Of a stretch of DNA of 64,000 nucleotides, positions 45,662-53,909 are shown piece by piece. The DNA lies in the NCBI GenBank assembly GCA_016234365.1, contig JACRER010000079.1, positions 15,154-79,153 on the forward strand, given 5' to 3'. Within the stretch, counting starts at the first letter, position 1; every line of letters starts with the position of its first letter. A program made the translations under genes and the position numbers. Source of the DNA: Elusimicrobiota bacterium. GTDB lineage: Bacteria > Elusimicrobiota > Elusimicrobia > Elusimicrobiales > UBA9959. The notes beneath the pieces were generated by a model. It did no database searches, was not told the DNA's origin, and saw only the letters and a list, made by a program, of their open reading frames with translations.

Positions 45662-46864
45662 CTATATCTTTCCAGTTAAGAACCGTTTCGTCAGTTCTAT
45701 GAAATAGTCTATGTGTTCCTCGTTGATGTCCTGGTGCAGGCCGATGTGCAGGCCGTTGTCGGCGCAGTATTCCGCCTCGGGGAATTCGCCGAGCTTGTGC
45801 CCCAGGAAAGAGAAGCCCGGGCACTGCGTAGGCATGGAGAGGAACAGGCTGCGGGTGTCCACGCCGTTGTCTTCAAGGTACGTCATGAGCTGGTCCCGGG
45901 TGAACTTGGCGCCGGGGGGCACCAGCACGGGGAAAGCGTAGGGCGCCATCTCCTCGCCGGCCACTGGGTCTATGGTCAGCAGGTGCGGTTTGAGGGCGGC
46001 GAACTGCTTGTGGATATACTTGAAATTGCGCAGGCGCGCCGCGAAGATCTTGGGGTAGATGTCCAGGTAGCCCAGGCCGATGGCGGCCTCCAGTTCGTTC
46101 ATCTTGGCGGAGAAGCCCACGCGCTCGAAGATGAAGCGGATGTCGGTGCCGCGCTTGAAGCGCTTGTCGCAATGGCCGCCGCTGACGCTCATCATGCAGG
46201 TTTCGCATTTGCAGGCGCGGCCGTGCGCGCGCAGCGAGCGCAGGGTGTTGGCGTATTCCGGGTTGTTGGTGGCCACTATGCCGCCCTCGCCGGTGGAGAT
46301 GACGTGCGCGATGTAGAGGCTGAAGGCCGCCATGTCGCCCAGCGTGCCTATCTCCTTGCCGCGGTAGGTGCCGCTCTGCGCTTCGGCCGCGTCCTCCACC
46401 ACCAGCAGTTTGTGCTTCTTGGCGACGCGGTTAACGGCCTCCATGTCGGCCGGTTTGCCCATCAGGTGCACGGGCATGATGGCCCTGGTGCGCGGGCCGA
46501 CGGCGGCCTCTATCTTTTTAGGATCGATGTTGAGGGTGGTCCGTTCTATGTCCACGAATTTGGGGATAAAGCCGGCCTGCAGCACGGCGTTGCCGGTGGC
46601 CACGAACGAGAGCGACGGGACGATGACCTCGTCGCCGCGTTTGGCGCCGAGGTCGTAGAGCACGGCCAGCGCCAGCGCGTCGGCGTCGGTGCCCGAGGAC
46701 ATGGCCACGGCTTCCTTGGTGCCGACCAGCTTGGCGAAGCCGCGCTCGAATTCGCGCACCAGTTTGCCGCCGGAGATGCGGCCGGAGTCCAGCGCGCCGT
46801 TCACCAGCTGTTTGGTCTTGTCGGTTATCGTTATCGTGCCGAAGGGGTAGCGGAGTTTTTTCAT
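45662..46864 (-). CDS. DegT/DnrJ/EryC1-family PLP/PMP enzyme with His replacing the Schiff-base Lys (E1/ColD-type sugar 3-dehydratase candidate)
   Basis: AFSLYIAHVISTGEGG has His at the position 5 residues before GEGG where aminotransferases have Lys. Cys cluster CKCETCMMSVSGGHC starts 31 residues after that His. Confidence 0.65.
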   Translation of the reverse strand: MKKLRYPFGTITITDKTKQLVNGALDSGRISGGKLVREFERGFAKLVGTKEAVAMSSGTDADALALAVLYDLGAKRGDEVIVPSLSFVATGNAVLQAGFIPKFVDIERTTLNIDPKKIEAAVGPRTRAIMPVHLMGKPADMEAVNRVAKKHKLLVVEDAAEAQSGTYRGKEIGTLGDMAAFSLYIAHVISTGEGGIVATNNPEYANTLRSLRAHGRACKCETCMMSVSGGHCDKRFKRGTDIRFIFERVGFSAKMNELEAAIGLGYLDIYPKIFAARLRNFKYIHKQFAALKPHLLTIDPVAGEEMAPYAFPVLVPPGAKFTRDQLMTYLEDNGVDTRSLFLSMPTQCPGFSFLGHKLGEFPEAEYCADNGLHIGLHQDINEEHIDYFIELTKRFLTGKI

Positions 46865-47559
46865 ACCAGATGCCCTGCTTTCCTGAGTACGGCTTCCGCC
46901 GTTGCGTATCTTTCCGGGGTGCCAATATCGAGCAGCGGCGCCGCGGTCCTGAACCCGTAAAGCCTGCCGAGCCGGGGGAACAGGTCGTATTCGAAAGAGT
47001 ATTTTTTGCCGGCGGGTATTTCCGCAAGCAGCGACCTGTCCAGCAGGTAGACTCCCGCGTTCACCAGGCCGCCGGCCTTGCGCCCCGTCTTTTCAAGGAA
47101 GGCGGTTATCCGGCCTCCGGCCGCCAGCCGCACCGTGCCCACGTCGCCGCGGCCCGAGGGTTTGGCCAGCGCCACCGAGGCCAAGGCCCGCTTGCGCCGG
47201 TGGAAGGCCGCGAAACGTTTCAGGTCCACCGCGCAGAAAGAATCCCCGTTGAGTACCAGGAAGCTGGTCCCCTTTATGAGCCGCCGCGCGTTCTTTACCG
47301 CGCCGGCCGTGCCCAGGGGTTTGGCTTCCACGGAGACGGCTACGTCGGCCGCCGCGGCGTAATGCCGCTTTATGACCCCGGCCCTGTAGCCGGCGCACAG
47401 CACGAACCTGCGCACTCCGCGCCGGCGCAGGCCCGCCAGCAGCAGGTCCAGAAAAGGCTTGCCGGCCACCTCGGCCATAGGCTTGGGGCGGCCTTTAACC
47501 GCCGCCCGCAGGCGCCGTCCGAGGCCGCCGCAGAGGATGACCGCTTCCGGGCCGGTCAT
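46861..47559 (-). CDS. sugar-1-phosphate nucleotidyltransferase (HddC/ManC-like)
   Basis: AVILCGGLGRRLR...KPMAEVAGKPFLD, PLGTAGA, NGDSF. ATGA-type overlaps on both sides. Confidence 0.8.
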   Translation of the reverse strand: MTGPEAVILCGGLGRRLRAAVKGRPKPMAEVAGKPFLDLLLAGLRRRGVRRFVLCAGYRAGVIKRHYAAAADVAVSVEAKPLGTAGAVKNARRLIKGTSFLVLNGDSFCAVDLKRFAAFHRRKRALASVALAKPSGRGDVGTVRLAAGGRITAFLEKTGRKAGGLVNAGVYLLDRSLLAEIPAGKKYSFEYDLFPRLGRLYGFRTAAPLLDIGTPERYATAEAVLRKAGHLV

Positions 47560-48557
47560 TTCCAGTCGGTCCCGTGCGAATAATAAATTATCTGGCTGCC
47601 GAAGTACTCGAACTTAAAGGGAATGAACAGCAGGTCCTTCAGCGCTTCCTTTATCTTCGCCTGCTTTTCCGGCTCGGCGTAAAAGAGCATGAACCCGCCG
47701 CCGCCGGCGCCCAGCAACTTGCCGCCTTCGGCGCCGCAGCGCAGCGCGGTCTCGTGGATCTGGTCGATGTGGGAGTTGCTGATCTTGCCCGACAGGGAGC
47801 GCTTCATCTTCCAGGTCTCGTTGAGCAGGCGTCCGAAAGCCGGCAGGTCCGGCTTGTGCGCGGTGACGAGCCCGCAGGCCTCGTCCACCAGGGCGGCCAT
47901 GCGCTCGAGCTCGCGCCCGTTGCGCCCGACGTTGGCTATCTGTTCGTGCGCTATGTCGGAAGCGTTGCGCGACAGGCCGGTAAAGACCAGCATCAGCCGG
48001 TTCTCCAGGGCCGCCACGTTCTCCGTGGTCATGATCACCGGGGAAACCACTATCTCCCGGTTGGGAAGGAATTCGATGCGGTTAAAGCCGCCGTGCGCCG
48101 CGAACACCTGGTCCTGCGAGCCCACGTTCTCGGCTATATCGTTCTGCTCTATGTCGATGGCGAGCTCGCCGAGGTCGCCCTTGGAGATGGCCTTGCCGTC
48201 CATGGCGTGCATGGCGTTGAGCAGCCCCACCGTGAAGGCGGAGCTGGAGCCCATGCCGGAGCGGGCCGGGATGTCCCCGTCGTGGTGTATGGAAATGCCT
48301 TTGGCGTACTTGAGGCGTTTGAGCACGGCCTTGACCGCCGGGTGGGCGATCTCGTCTATCTCCTTTACGTTCTCCATGCGGGAATAGACGATGCGGTGCT
48401 TGTGTTCGAAGAAGGGGGGGAGTTCGCGGACTATGAGGTAGCAGTATTTGTCTATGGCGGCGCCCAGCACCTTGCCGCCGTGCTTGAGATACCAGGACGG
48501 GTAGTCGGTCCCGCCGCCGAAAAATGAGATCCTGTGCGGAGTCTTGGTTATGATCAT
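47556..48557 (-). CDS. GHMP-family sugar kinase (HddA / fucokinase-like)
   Basis: ATG at 48557 gives MIITKTPHRISFFGGGTDY. GHMP motif PARSGMGSSSAF. Confidence 0.8.
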   Translation of the reverse strand: MIITKTPHRISFFGGGTDYPSWYLKHGGKVLGAAIDKYCYLIVRELPPFFEHKHRIVYSRMENVKEIDEIAHPAVKAVLKRLKYAKGISIHHDGDIPARSGMGSSSAFTVGLLNAMHAMDGKAISKGDLGELAIDIEQNDIAENVGSQDQVFAAHGGFNRIEFLPNREIVVSPVIMTTENVAALENRLMLVFTGLSRNASDIAHEQIANVGRNGRELERMAALVDEACGLVTAHKPDLPAFGRLLNETWKMKRSLSGKISNSHIDQIHETALRCGAEGGKLLGAGGGGFMLFYAEPEKQAKIKEALKDLLFIPFKFEYFGSQIIYYSHGTDWK

Positions 48558-48582
48558 AGGCCCGGCCGCGCCGGAAACCAAT

Positions 48583-48610
48583 ATTATATTAATAATTAAA
48601 GGCCGTTCAA
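48583..48610 (-). promoter_or_regulatory. sigma70-type promoter internal to the glycan locus
   Basis: Reverse strand reads TTGAAC-16 nt-TATAAT, about 25 nt upstream of the kinase ATG. It overlaps a weak GGCCG/CGGCC hairpin plus T-rich run just after the methyltransferase stop. Confidence 0.5.
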
Positions 48611-48623
48611 ACGGCGGCCGGGG

Positions 48624-49604
48624 TCAGCCGCGGCGGGCGGCTATGGCGAACAGCTGGGTGCCGCGCCCGGGCCGCGTCAGCCTGTAGTAGAGCATCATCC
48701 AGAAGAAGACCGGGAAGGTGAACACGTGCAGGACGTCGTAAAAAGCCTTTACCAGCCGCTGGCGCGTCCTGGCCGAGCGCAGGAAGCCGGGCGTGCCGGC
48801 GCCGGCGGCGGCCGCCGCGGTGAAGGTGACCGAGTCGGGGGTGCCTTTGGGCAGCAGCACGGCCCGCGCCGCCTTCATGGCCAGTTCCCGCAGCGCGCTG
48901 ATGAAGCGCCGCGAAAATTCCCAGACCGGCAGGTAGGAAGAATCCAGCCGAACTATCTCCAGCCCGTGGCTGGCCAGGAAGGCCGTAAGCGCGCCGCGCG
49001 TCCAGCGGGTCAGGTGGTGGGGCGGCATGTCGAAATAATCGCGCCCGAACGGCAGCGGCCGGTCGGTATTGGGCGTGGTCAGGGCCAGCTGCCCGCCGTC
49101 TTTGAGCAGCGAGGAGATCCGGTCCAGTTCGGCGTTGGGATCGTCGAGGTGTTCGATGCAGTCGAAATAGGTGATGAGGTCGAACTTCAGGCCGGGGAAT
49201 TTTTCGCGGAAGGCGTTAAGGTCGCCCATGAAGAGGTTGGCGAGGCCTTTTGCGCGCGCCGCCGCTATGGCCTCGGGGTTGATGTCTATGCCGTAAGCCT
49301 CGAAACCGGCCGCCTGCGCCATCGCCAGGAAGACGCCGGTGCCGCAGCCTATGTCCAGCGCCAGCCGGCCGCGTCCGTCTTGGCCGCGCAGTACCTCTTT
49401 AAAATGGGGCTTGGGGGTTTCCTCGTAGCCGGCGGCGCTGGAGAACCTGGCGTACCAGCCGGCCCCCGGGTTTTTAAAGGGGTCCGCGAATTCCACGCCG
49501 CAGCCGGCGCAGCGCAACACGGCGTAGGAGGCCTTGTCCACCGGGTCCAGCCAGGTTTCCAGGCGCGTGTGCGCGGAGACGGAGCCGCAGACGGGGCAGT
49601 TCAC
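48624..49604 (-). CDS. class I SAM-dependent methyltransferase with N-terminal zinc ribbon and C-terminal hydrophobic tail
   Basis: CPVCG...CAGCG. Motif I LDIGCGTG. Motif post-II ITYFDCIEHL. Confidence 0.8.
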   Translation of the reverse strand: MNCPVCGSVSAHTRLETWLDPVDKASYAVLRCAGCGVEFADPFKNPGAGWYARFSSAAGYEETPKPHFKEVLRGQDGRGRLALDIGCGTGVFLAMAQAAGFEAYGIDINPEAIAAARAKGLANLFMGDLNAFREKFPGLKFDLITYFDCIEHLDDPNAELDRISSLLKDGGQLALTTPNTDRPLPFGRDYFDMPPHHLTRWTRGALTAFLASHGLEIVRLDSSYLPVWEFSRRFISALRELAMKAARAVLLPKGTPDSVTFTAAAAAGAGTPGFLRSARTRQRLVKAFYDVLHVFTFPVFFWMMLYYRLTRPGRGTQLFAIAARRG

Positions 49605-50575
49605 GCGGCGCTCCCGGAGCGCGGAGAGCGCAGCCTGGCGTAGAAGGAGTGCAGGCGCAGATAAAGGGAGGGGCTCAGGACGGAAAAGACCAGCGTCGCC
49701 GCGGTGAAAAAACGGCGCGGGGAGGAGCTGCGGAGGACCTCTTTTATGATGGTCCCCAGCGCGGCCCGGCGTTCGCCGCGGCGGGAATAGTAGAGGACGC
49801 GGGCTTTGGCAAGTTCCATGGGCAGCGGCACGTTCGTCTTCTTTATATCCACGCCGGCCGCCTTAAGCCTGGCGGCCAGTTCCTTAAGGATCACCGCCTT
49901 GACCTTGATGTAGTTGCCCAGGCGGCGCGTGTCCGCCATGGTGCCGGCGAACCAGTTGGCGCCGTGGATCTTCTTGAAGCCGAGCACCGAATTTATGGAC
50001 CGGACGCGGGAGTGGATAAGGATGCAAAGGTAAAGGTACTCGTCGGCGCAGTAGAAGAGGCCGGCGGGCACGGGCAGGACCCTGTCGAGGAAGGAACGGC
50101 GGAAAGCCAGCCCGCTGGTGCCGGTGAAACTCGCCCGGCCTTCCAGCAGGTCCTTGAGTTCGTAATGGTCCGGCCGCCGGTCGAACTGCTGGCTCAGCGG
50201 GTTGCCGGCCGGGTCCACGTCCATCATGAAATGCTGCACCATGCCGATATCCGCGGCTTCGGCGAAGGCCGCGGCCGCGGCCTTGAGCTTGTCCGGTTTC
50301 CACGCGTCGTCGGCGTCCAGCAGGCAGACGAACTCCCCGGAGGCTTCCCTGAGCCCGGTGTTGAAGGCCGAGGCCTGCCCCGAGTTCTCCTGGTAAAAAT
50401 ATTTTACGCCTCGGCCGTACCTGGCCAGGCGCAGCGCGGTGTCGTCGGTGGAACCGTCGTCCACCACTATCAGCTCAAATTCCCCGCGCGGGAAGTCCTG
50501 CGCGAGTACGCTGTCCACCGCTTCCTCTATGTAGCGGCCGTAGTTGTAGGTGCCTATGATGACCGAAAATTTCAC
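49601..50575 (-). CDS. family 2 glycosyltransferase
   Basis: KFSVIIGTYNYGRYIEEAVDSVLAQ...VVDDGSTD...LLDADD. Confidence 0.88.
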   Translation of the reverse strand: MKFSVIIGTYNYGRYIEEAVDSVLAQDFPRGEFELIVVDDGSTDDTALRLARYGRGVKYFYQENSGQASAFNTGLREASGEFVCLLDADDAWKPDKLKAAAAAFAEAADIGMVQHFMMDVDPAGNPLSQQFDRRPDHYELKDLLEGRASFTGTSGLAFRRSFLDRVLPVPAGLFYCADEYLYLCILIHSRVRSINSVLGFKKIHGANWFAGTMADTRRLGNYIKVKAVILKELAARLKAAGVDIKKTNVPLPMELAKARVLYYSRRGERRAALGTIIKEVLRSSSPRRFFTAATLVFSVLSPSLYLRLHSFYARLRSPRSGSAA

Positions 50576-52008
50576 GCCGCCCCTCCGTCCCGGCCGAAGC
50601 CGGCGGTGCGCGCCAGCAGGGCCAGGTCTTCTCTGGTAACGCCTTTCAGCAGCAGCAGCGCGGCGGCGTAGGCAGCGGCGCCCGCCCCGATAAGGAGAAA
50701 AACGTTGCGGCCGCCCAGGGCCGCCAGCAGCAGCGCCATCAGCGCCGAGGCCGCCAGCGGCTTCAGGGACTGCCTGAGCGGCACCGTGTAGACCGCGCGG
50801 GTCTGGAAATAATAGACGGCGTTGGTGACGCCGTAGGAGGCCACGAAGGAGGCCGCCAGCCCGACGGAGCCGTAAACCGGGATCAGCAGCAGGCCCAGGG
50901 CCACCGACAGCAGCGCCTGCGTGAAGCTGATCCAGAGGTTCTTGTTCTGCTTATGCGCGGCCAGCAGCGAGAAGGAAAAAATATTGTTCAGGAAGATCAG
51001 GTACGGCAGCACCGCCAGGACCTTCAGGAGCAGCCCGGCCTCCAGGAATTTGTCGCCGTAGATCAGGTGGATGATGGGGTCCGCCAGCATGAAGAGCCCC
51101 GTTATGGCGGGGTAGCTGACTATGGCCATCCATTTCAGCGTCACGTCCATTATTTTTTTGAAGGTTTCGGGGTTGTGCAGGTAATGCTTGGAGATGGCGG
51201 GGAACACCGCCGCGGCATAGGCGACCAGGGCCTCGACGAGGATCCAGATGATCTTGTAGGCGGCGGAGAAATAGCCCACTTCCTGCGTACCGCGCGTGAA
51301 GCCCAGGATGGTCACCCCGGAGTTGAGGACTATTATGGTCATCACGCCCCAGACGGCCACCGGCAGCGTCTGCCTGAAAACCTCTTTGGAGAATTCCGGG
51401 ACGAAGCGGAAAGCGTAGCCGGGATCGAGGCGGCGGTAGGCCAGGAACATGAAGAGGACGGCGGCGGCCTGCGCGGCCAGCAGCAGCAGCGGGATGCGCG
51501 GCAGGTCGGCGCTGCCGCCCACGAACAGCAGCACGGCGCCCAGGTAGACCAGCCCCTGCAGGACCGCGGCGGCGCCCAGGAATTCCATCCGCTCTATGCC
51601 CTGGAAGACCCAGTCGAAGGTAAGCACGTTGGCCGTGAACATGGTCAGGCCGTAAGCCGCGGTGAGCAGTTTCAGTTCCCGGCCCTGCGGCATGAAAAAG
51701 GCGAAAGCCGCCAGCAGCGTGAACGAGGCCAGGCCCAGCACCAGCTTCAGGCTGATGTTGGCGTTGATGTAGTCTCCCTGGCCGGCCTGCCGCTGGGCCA
51801 ATTCGCGGATGCCTACGGTGCCCAGGCCCAGGTGCGCCAGGATGGCGAAATAGCTGACCAGCGCCAGCGCGAAGTTCATGGCCCCGAAATCCTCCGGGCC
51901 CAGCACGCGCGCCAGGTACACCACCGTCATCAGGCCGAAGGCCTTTGAGACGGCGTTTGAGAAGGTGAGCGACAGGAAATTCCTGAAAATAGTGCTGCCG
52001 GCGTTCAT
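50572..52008 (-). CDS. MOP/Wzx-type polysaccharide flippase
   Basis: 478 aa, about 12-14 TMs. N-terminus FRNFLSLTFSNAVSKAFGLMTVVYLARVLGPEDFG is typical of the polysaccharide biosynthesis protein family. Confidence 0.85.
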   Translation of the reverse strand: MNAGSTIFRNFLSLTFSNAVSKAFGLMTVVYLARVLGPEDFGAMNFALALVSYFAILAHLGLGTVGIRELAQRQAGQGDYINANISLKLVLGLASFTLLAAFAFFMPQGRELKLLTAAYGLTMFTANVLTFDWVFQGIERMEFLGAAAVLQGLVYLGAVLLFVGGSADLPRIPLLLLAAQAAAVLFMFLAYRRLDPGYAFRFVPEFSKEVFRQTLPVAVWGVMTIIVLNSGVTILGFTRGTQEVGYFSAAYKIIWILVEALVAYAAAVFPAISKHYLHNPETFKKIMDVTLKWMAIVSYPAITGLFMLADPIIHLIYGDKFLEAGLLLKVLAVLPYLIFLNNIFSFSLLAAHKQNKNLWISFTQALLSVALGLLLIPVYGSVGLAASFVASYGVTNAVYYFQTRAVYTVPLRQSLKPLAASALMALLLAALGGRNVFLLIGAGAAAYAAALLLLKGVTREDLALLARTAGFGRDGGAA

Positions 52009-52113
52009 GCGATTAAAAAGTATACTAAAAATGGGCAGGGTTTACGGGGTGCGGCCAAAATTGTAGTATTACTCCGCAAGAGAGGGGAAACCGCCGGCCG
52101 CGCAGTCCGCGGG

Positions 52114-52872
52114 ATGGCCAGGGGAGCGGGTAAATTTATGGGAGAGACCAGGATCTATTCCGTCCGCGGTTGCGGCGGGCCTGAGAACACCGCGGCGGCG
52201 TTCCGCGAGGCCTTCGCGGCCGGGGCCGACGCCTGCGGCTGCGATATCCGCCGCACGGCAGACGGGCAGTTCGTGGCGTTTCGCGACGCTTCCGCGGGGA
52301 GGCTTTGCGGCCGCGGGTGGAAGATAGCCGCCACCGAGTGGGCCCACCTCAAGAGCCTGCGTGTGGCGGGCCGCGAACCCATAGCGCACCTGGACGATAT
52401 CCTTAACATCCTTATATTACGGCCCGGAGCGGAATTTTTCCTGCGGCCGGCCGGCCTTGGCGAAAGGGATGCCGCCGACCTGGCCCTGCAGGTGGCGCGC
52501 GCCGGAGTGCAGGACCGTGTCTTTATGACCGCGAGGCCCTGCGGGCGCGCCCTGCTGGCGGCCGCCGCCGGCGCCGTGCCGGCCATTGGCCTGGCGGTGA
52601 CGCCGCGCACCGTTTACGACCTTGTGGGCGCCGCGTGGAAGGCCGGGGCCGCCCGCGCCTGCGCCGGCTGGAGCTGCCCGTTCTCCAAAACCCTGTTTTA
52701 CGCTTCCGCTTCCGCCTTCGGCCTGCGGGCGCAGTGCGAAGAGGCCGCCGCCGCGGGCGTGGAAATTTCGGCCGGCCCGGCGGACCACCCGCGCGACGTG
52801 CGCCGGCTGCGCGCCCTGGGCGTGAAGGCGGTCTGGACCAACGACGTGGAAATGGCGGCCAGGTACATCTAA
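52114..52872 (+). CDS. glycerophosphodiester phosphodiesterase (GDPD)-like protein with divergent active-site residues
   Basis: GGPENTAAAFREAFAAGADACGCDIRRTADGQFVAFRD follows the GDPD N-terminal pattern. VRG, C-D and RD stand where HRG, E-D and HD are expected. The start is uncertain (alternative ATG at 52138). Confidence 0.5.
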   Translation: MARGAGKFMGETRIYSVRGCGGPENTAAAFREAFAAGADACGCDIRRTADGQFVAFRDASAGRLCGRGWKIAATEWAHLKSLRVAGREPIAHLDDILNILILRPGAEFFLRPAGLGERDAADLALQVARAGVQDRVFMTARPCGRALLAAAAGAVPAIGLAVTPRTVYDLVGAAWKAGAARACAGWSCPFSKTLFYASASAFGLRAQCEEAAAAGVEISAGPADHPRDVRRLRALGVKAVWTNDVEMAARYI

Positions 52873-53139
52873 GGGTCTGTTAGGGAATTAATGACACATT
52901 TGGAGGCGCAGATTTGAGACATATGCGAGGCGCGACGATTGAACACTGCTTTAGTAGTGTGAATGAGGAGCAACGAAGTAGATGGCCAAAGATGCGCCTC
53001 CCCCTTGGGGGCCAAGGCAATTTTGGGCTGCGACTGCGTCGCGAATTCGCTTACATAGCGCTGCTATGCCACGCTCTTCGCTCCTTGTCTCGCTCCAAAA
53101 TTGCCCTGGCAAATGTTTCATTAATTCCCTAACAGACCC
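52873..53139. mobile_element. 267-bp MITE-like element with 30-bp terminal inverted repeats
   Basis: GGGTCTGTTAGGGAATTAATGACACATTTG (52873-52902) versus the reverse complement of 53110-53139, 29/30 identical. Flanked by TAA/TAA (or CTAAG/CTAAG). Internal sub-hairpins. No transposase. Confidence 0.65.
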
Positions 53140-53150
53140 TAAGGACGGCT

Positions 53151-53840
53151 ATGTTCAAGAAAATACTTCTAGTGGACGACGATAAACTGGTGCTGAATTC
53201 CACCAAACGCTACCTGGAGGGCCAGGGCTTTAACGTGGCGGCGGCCGACAACGGCGCCGAGGCGGTGGCGCTGGCCAGCGATTTCACCCCCGACCTGGTG
53301 GTGACCGACGTGGAGATGAAGGGGCTGGATGGCTTTGCGCTGTGCAAGGCGCTCAAGGAGACGGAGGGTTTCTCCGGCATCCCCGTGATCATAGTCTCCG
53401 GGCGCAAGGTCAGCGAGGACGATATCCTGGCCGGCTACAATAAAGGCGCCGACGACTACGTTATAAAGCCGTTCTCTTTCCCGGTGCTGCTGGCCAAGAT
53501 GAAAGCCGTGATGAAGCGCTACGAGGGCGTGGCCGCCAAGACCGAGAAGATAAAGAAGCTCGGCATGCTCATAGACCCGGCCGGGCGCACCGTTTCCATA
53601 AAAGGCTCCATCATAAACCTGACGCGCAAGGAATTCGACCTGCTGATGGCGCTGATCACCGAGGAAGGCCGCCTGCTGGCCGTGCCGTACCTGCTGGAGA
53701 CCGTCTGGGGTTACGACCCGGCCAGCTACAACGACCCGCATACCGTTGGCGTGCACGTTTCTTCCCTGCGCAAGAAGCTGGGGGCCGACATAGGCGCCCA
53801 TATTACCAGCGTTACCGGGCACGGTTACAAATTTGACTGA
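53151..53840 (+). CDS. OmpR/PhoB-family response regulator
   Basis: REC domain LLVDDD...LVVTDVEMKGLDG...KPF. Winged helix LTRKEFDLLMAL...HVSSLRKKLG...GHGYKF. Confidence 0.92.
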   Translation: MFKKILLVDDDKLVLNSTKRYLEGQGFNVAAADNGAEAVALASDFTPDLVVTDVEMKGLDGFALCKALKETEGFSGIPVIIVSGRKVSEDDILAGYNKGADDYVIKPFSFPVLLAKMKAVMKRYEGVAAKTEKIKKLGMLIDPAGRTVSIKGSIINLTRKEFDLLMALITEEGRLLAVPYLLETVWGYDPASYNDPHTVGVHVSSLRKKLGADIGAHITSVTGHGYKFD

Positions 53841-53909
53841 AATTTGACGTTTTTTTGTCCTTTACAGGACCCCCTGCCGACTAGACTATAGTCAGGACCA
53901 GGAGGGGTT

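Noticed and set aside
52914-53185. Two small + ORFs (72 and 67 aa) inside the MITE-like element
   Set aside because: They lie wholly within or across the inverted-repeat element, have no SD, and run into the regulator's start region. More likely chance ORFs.
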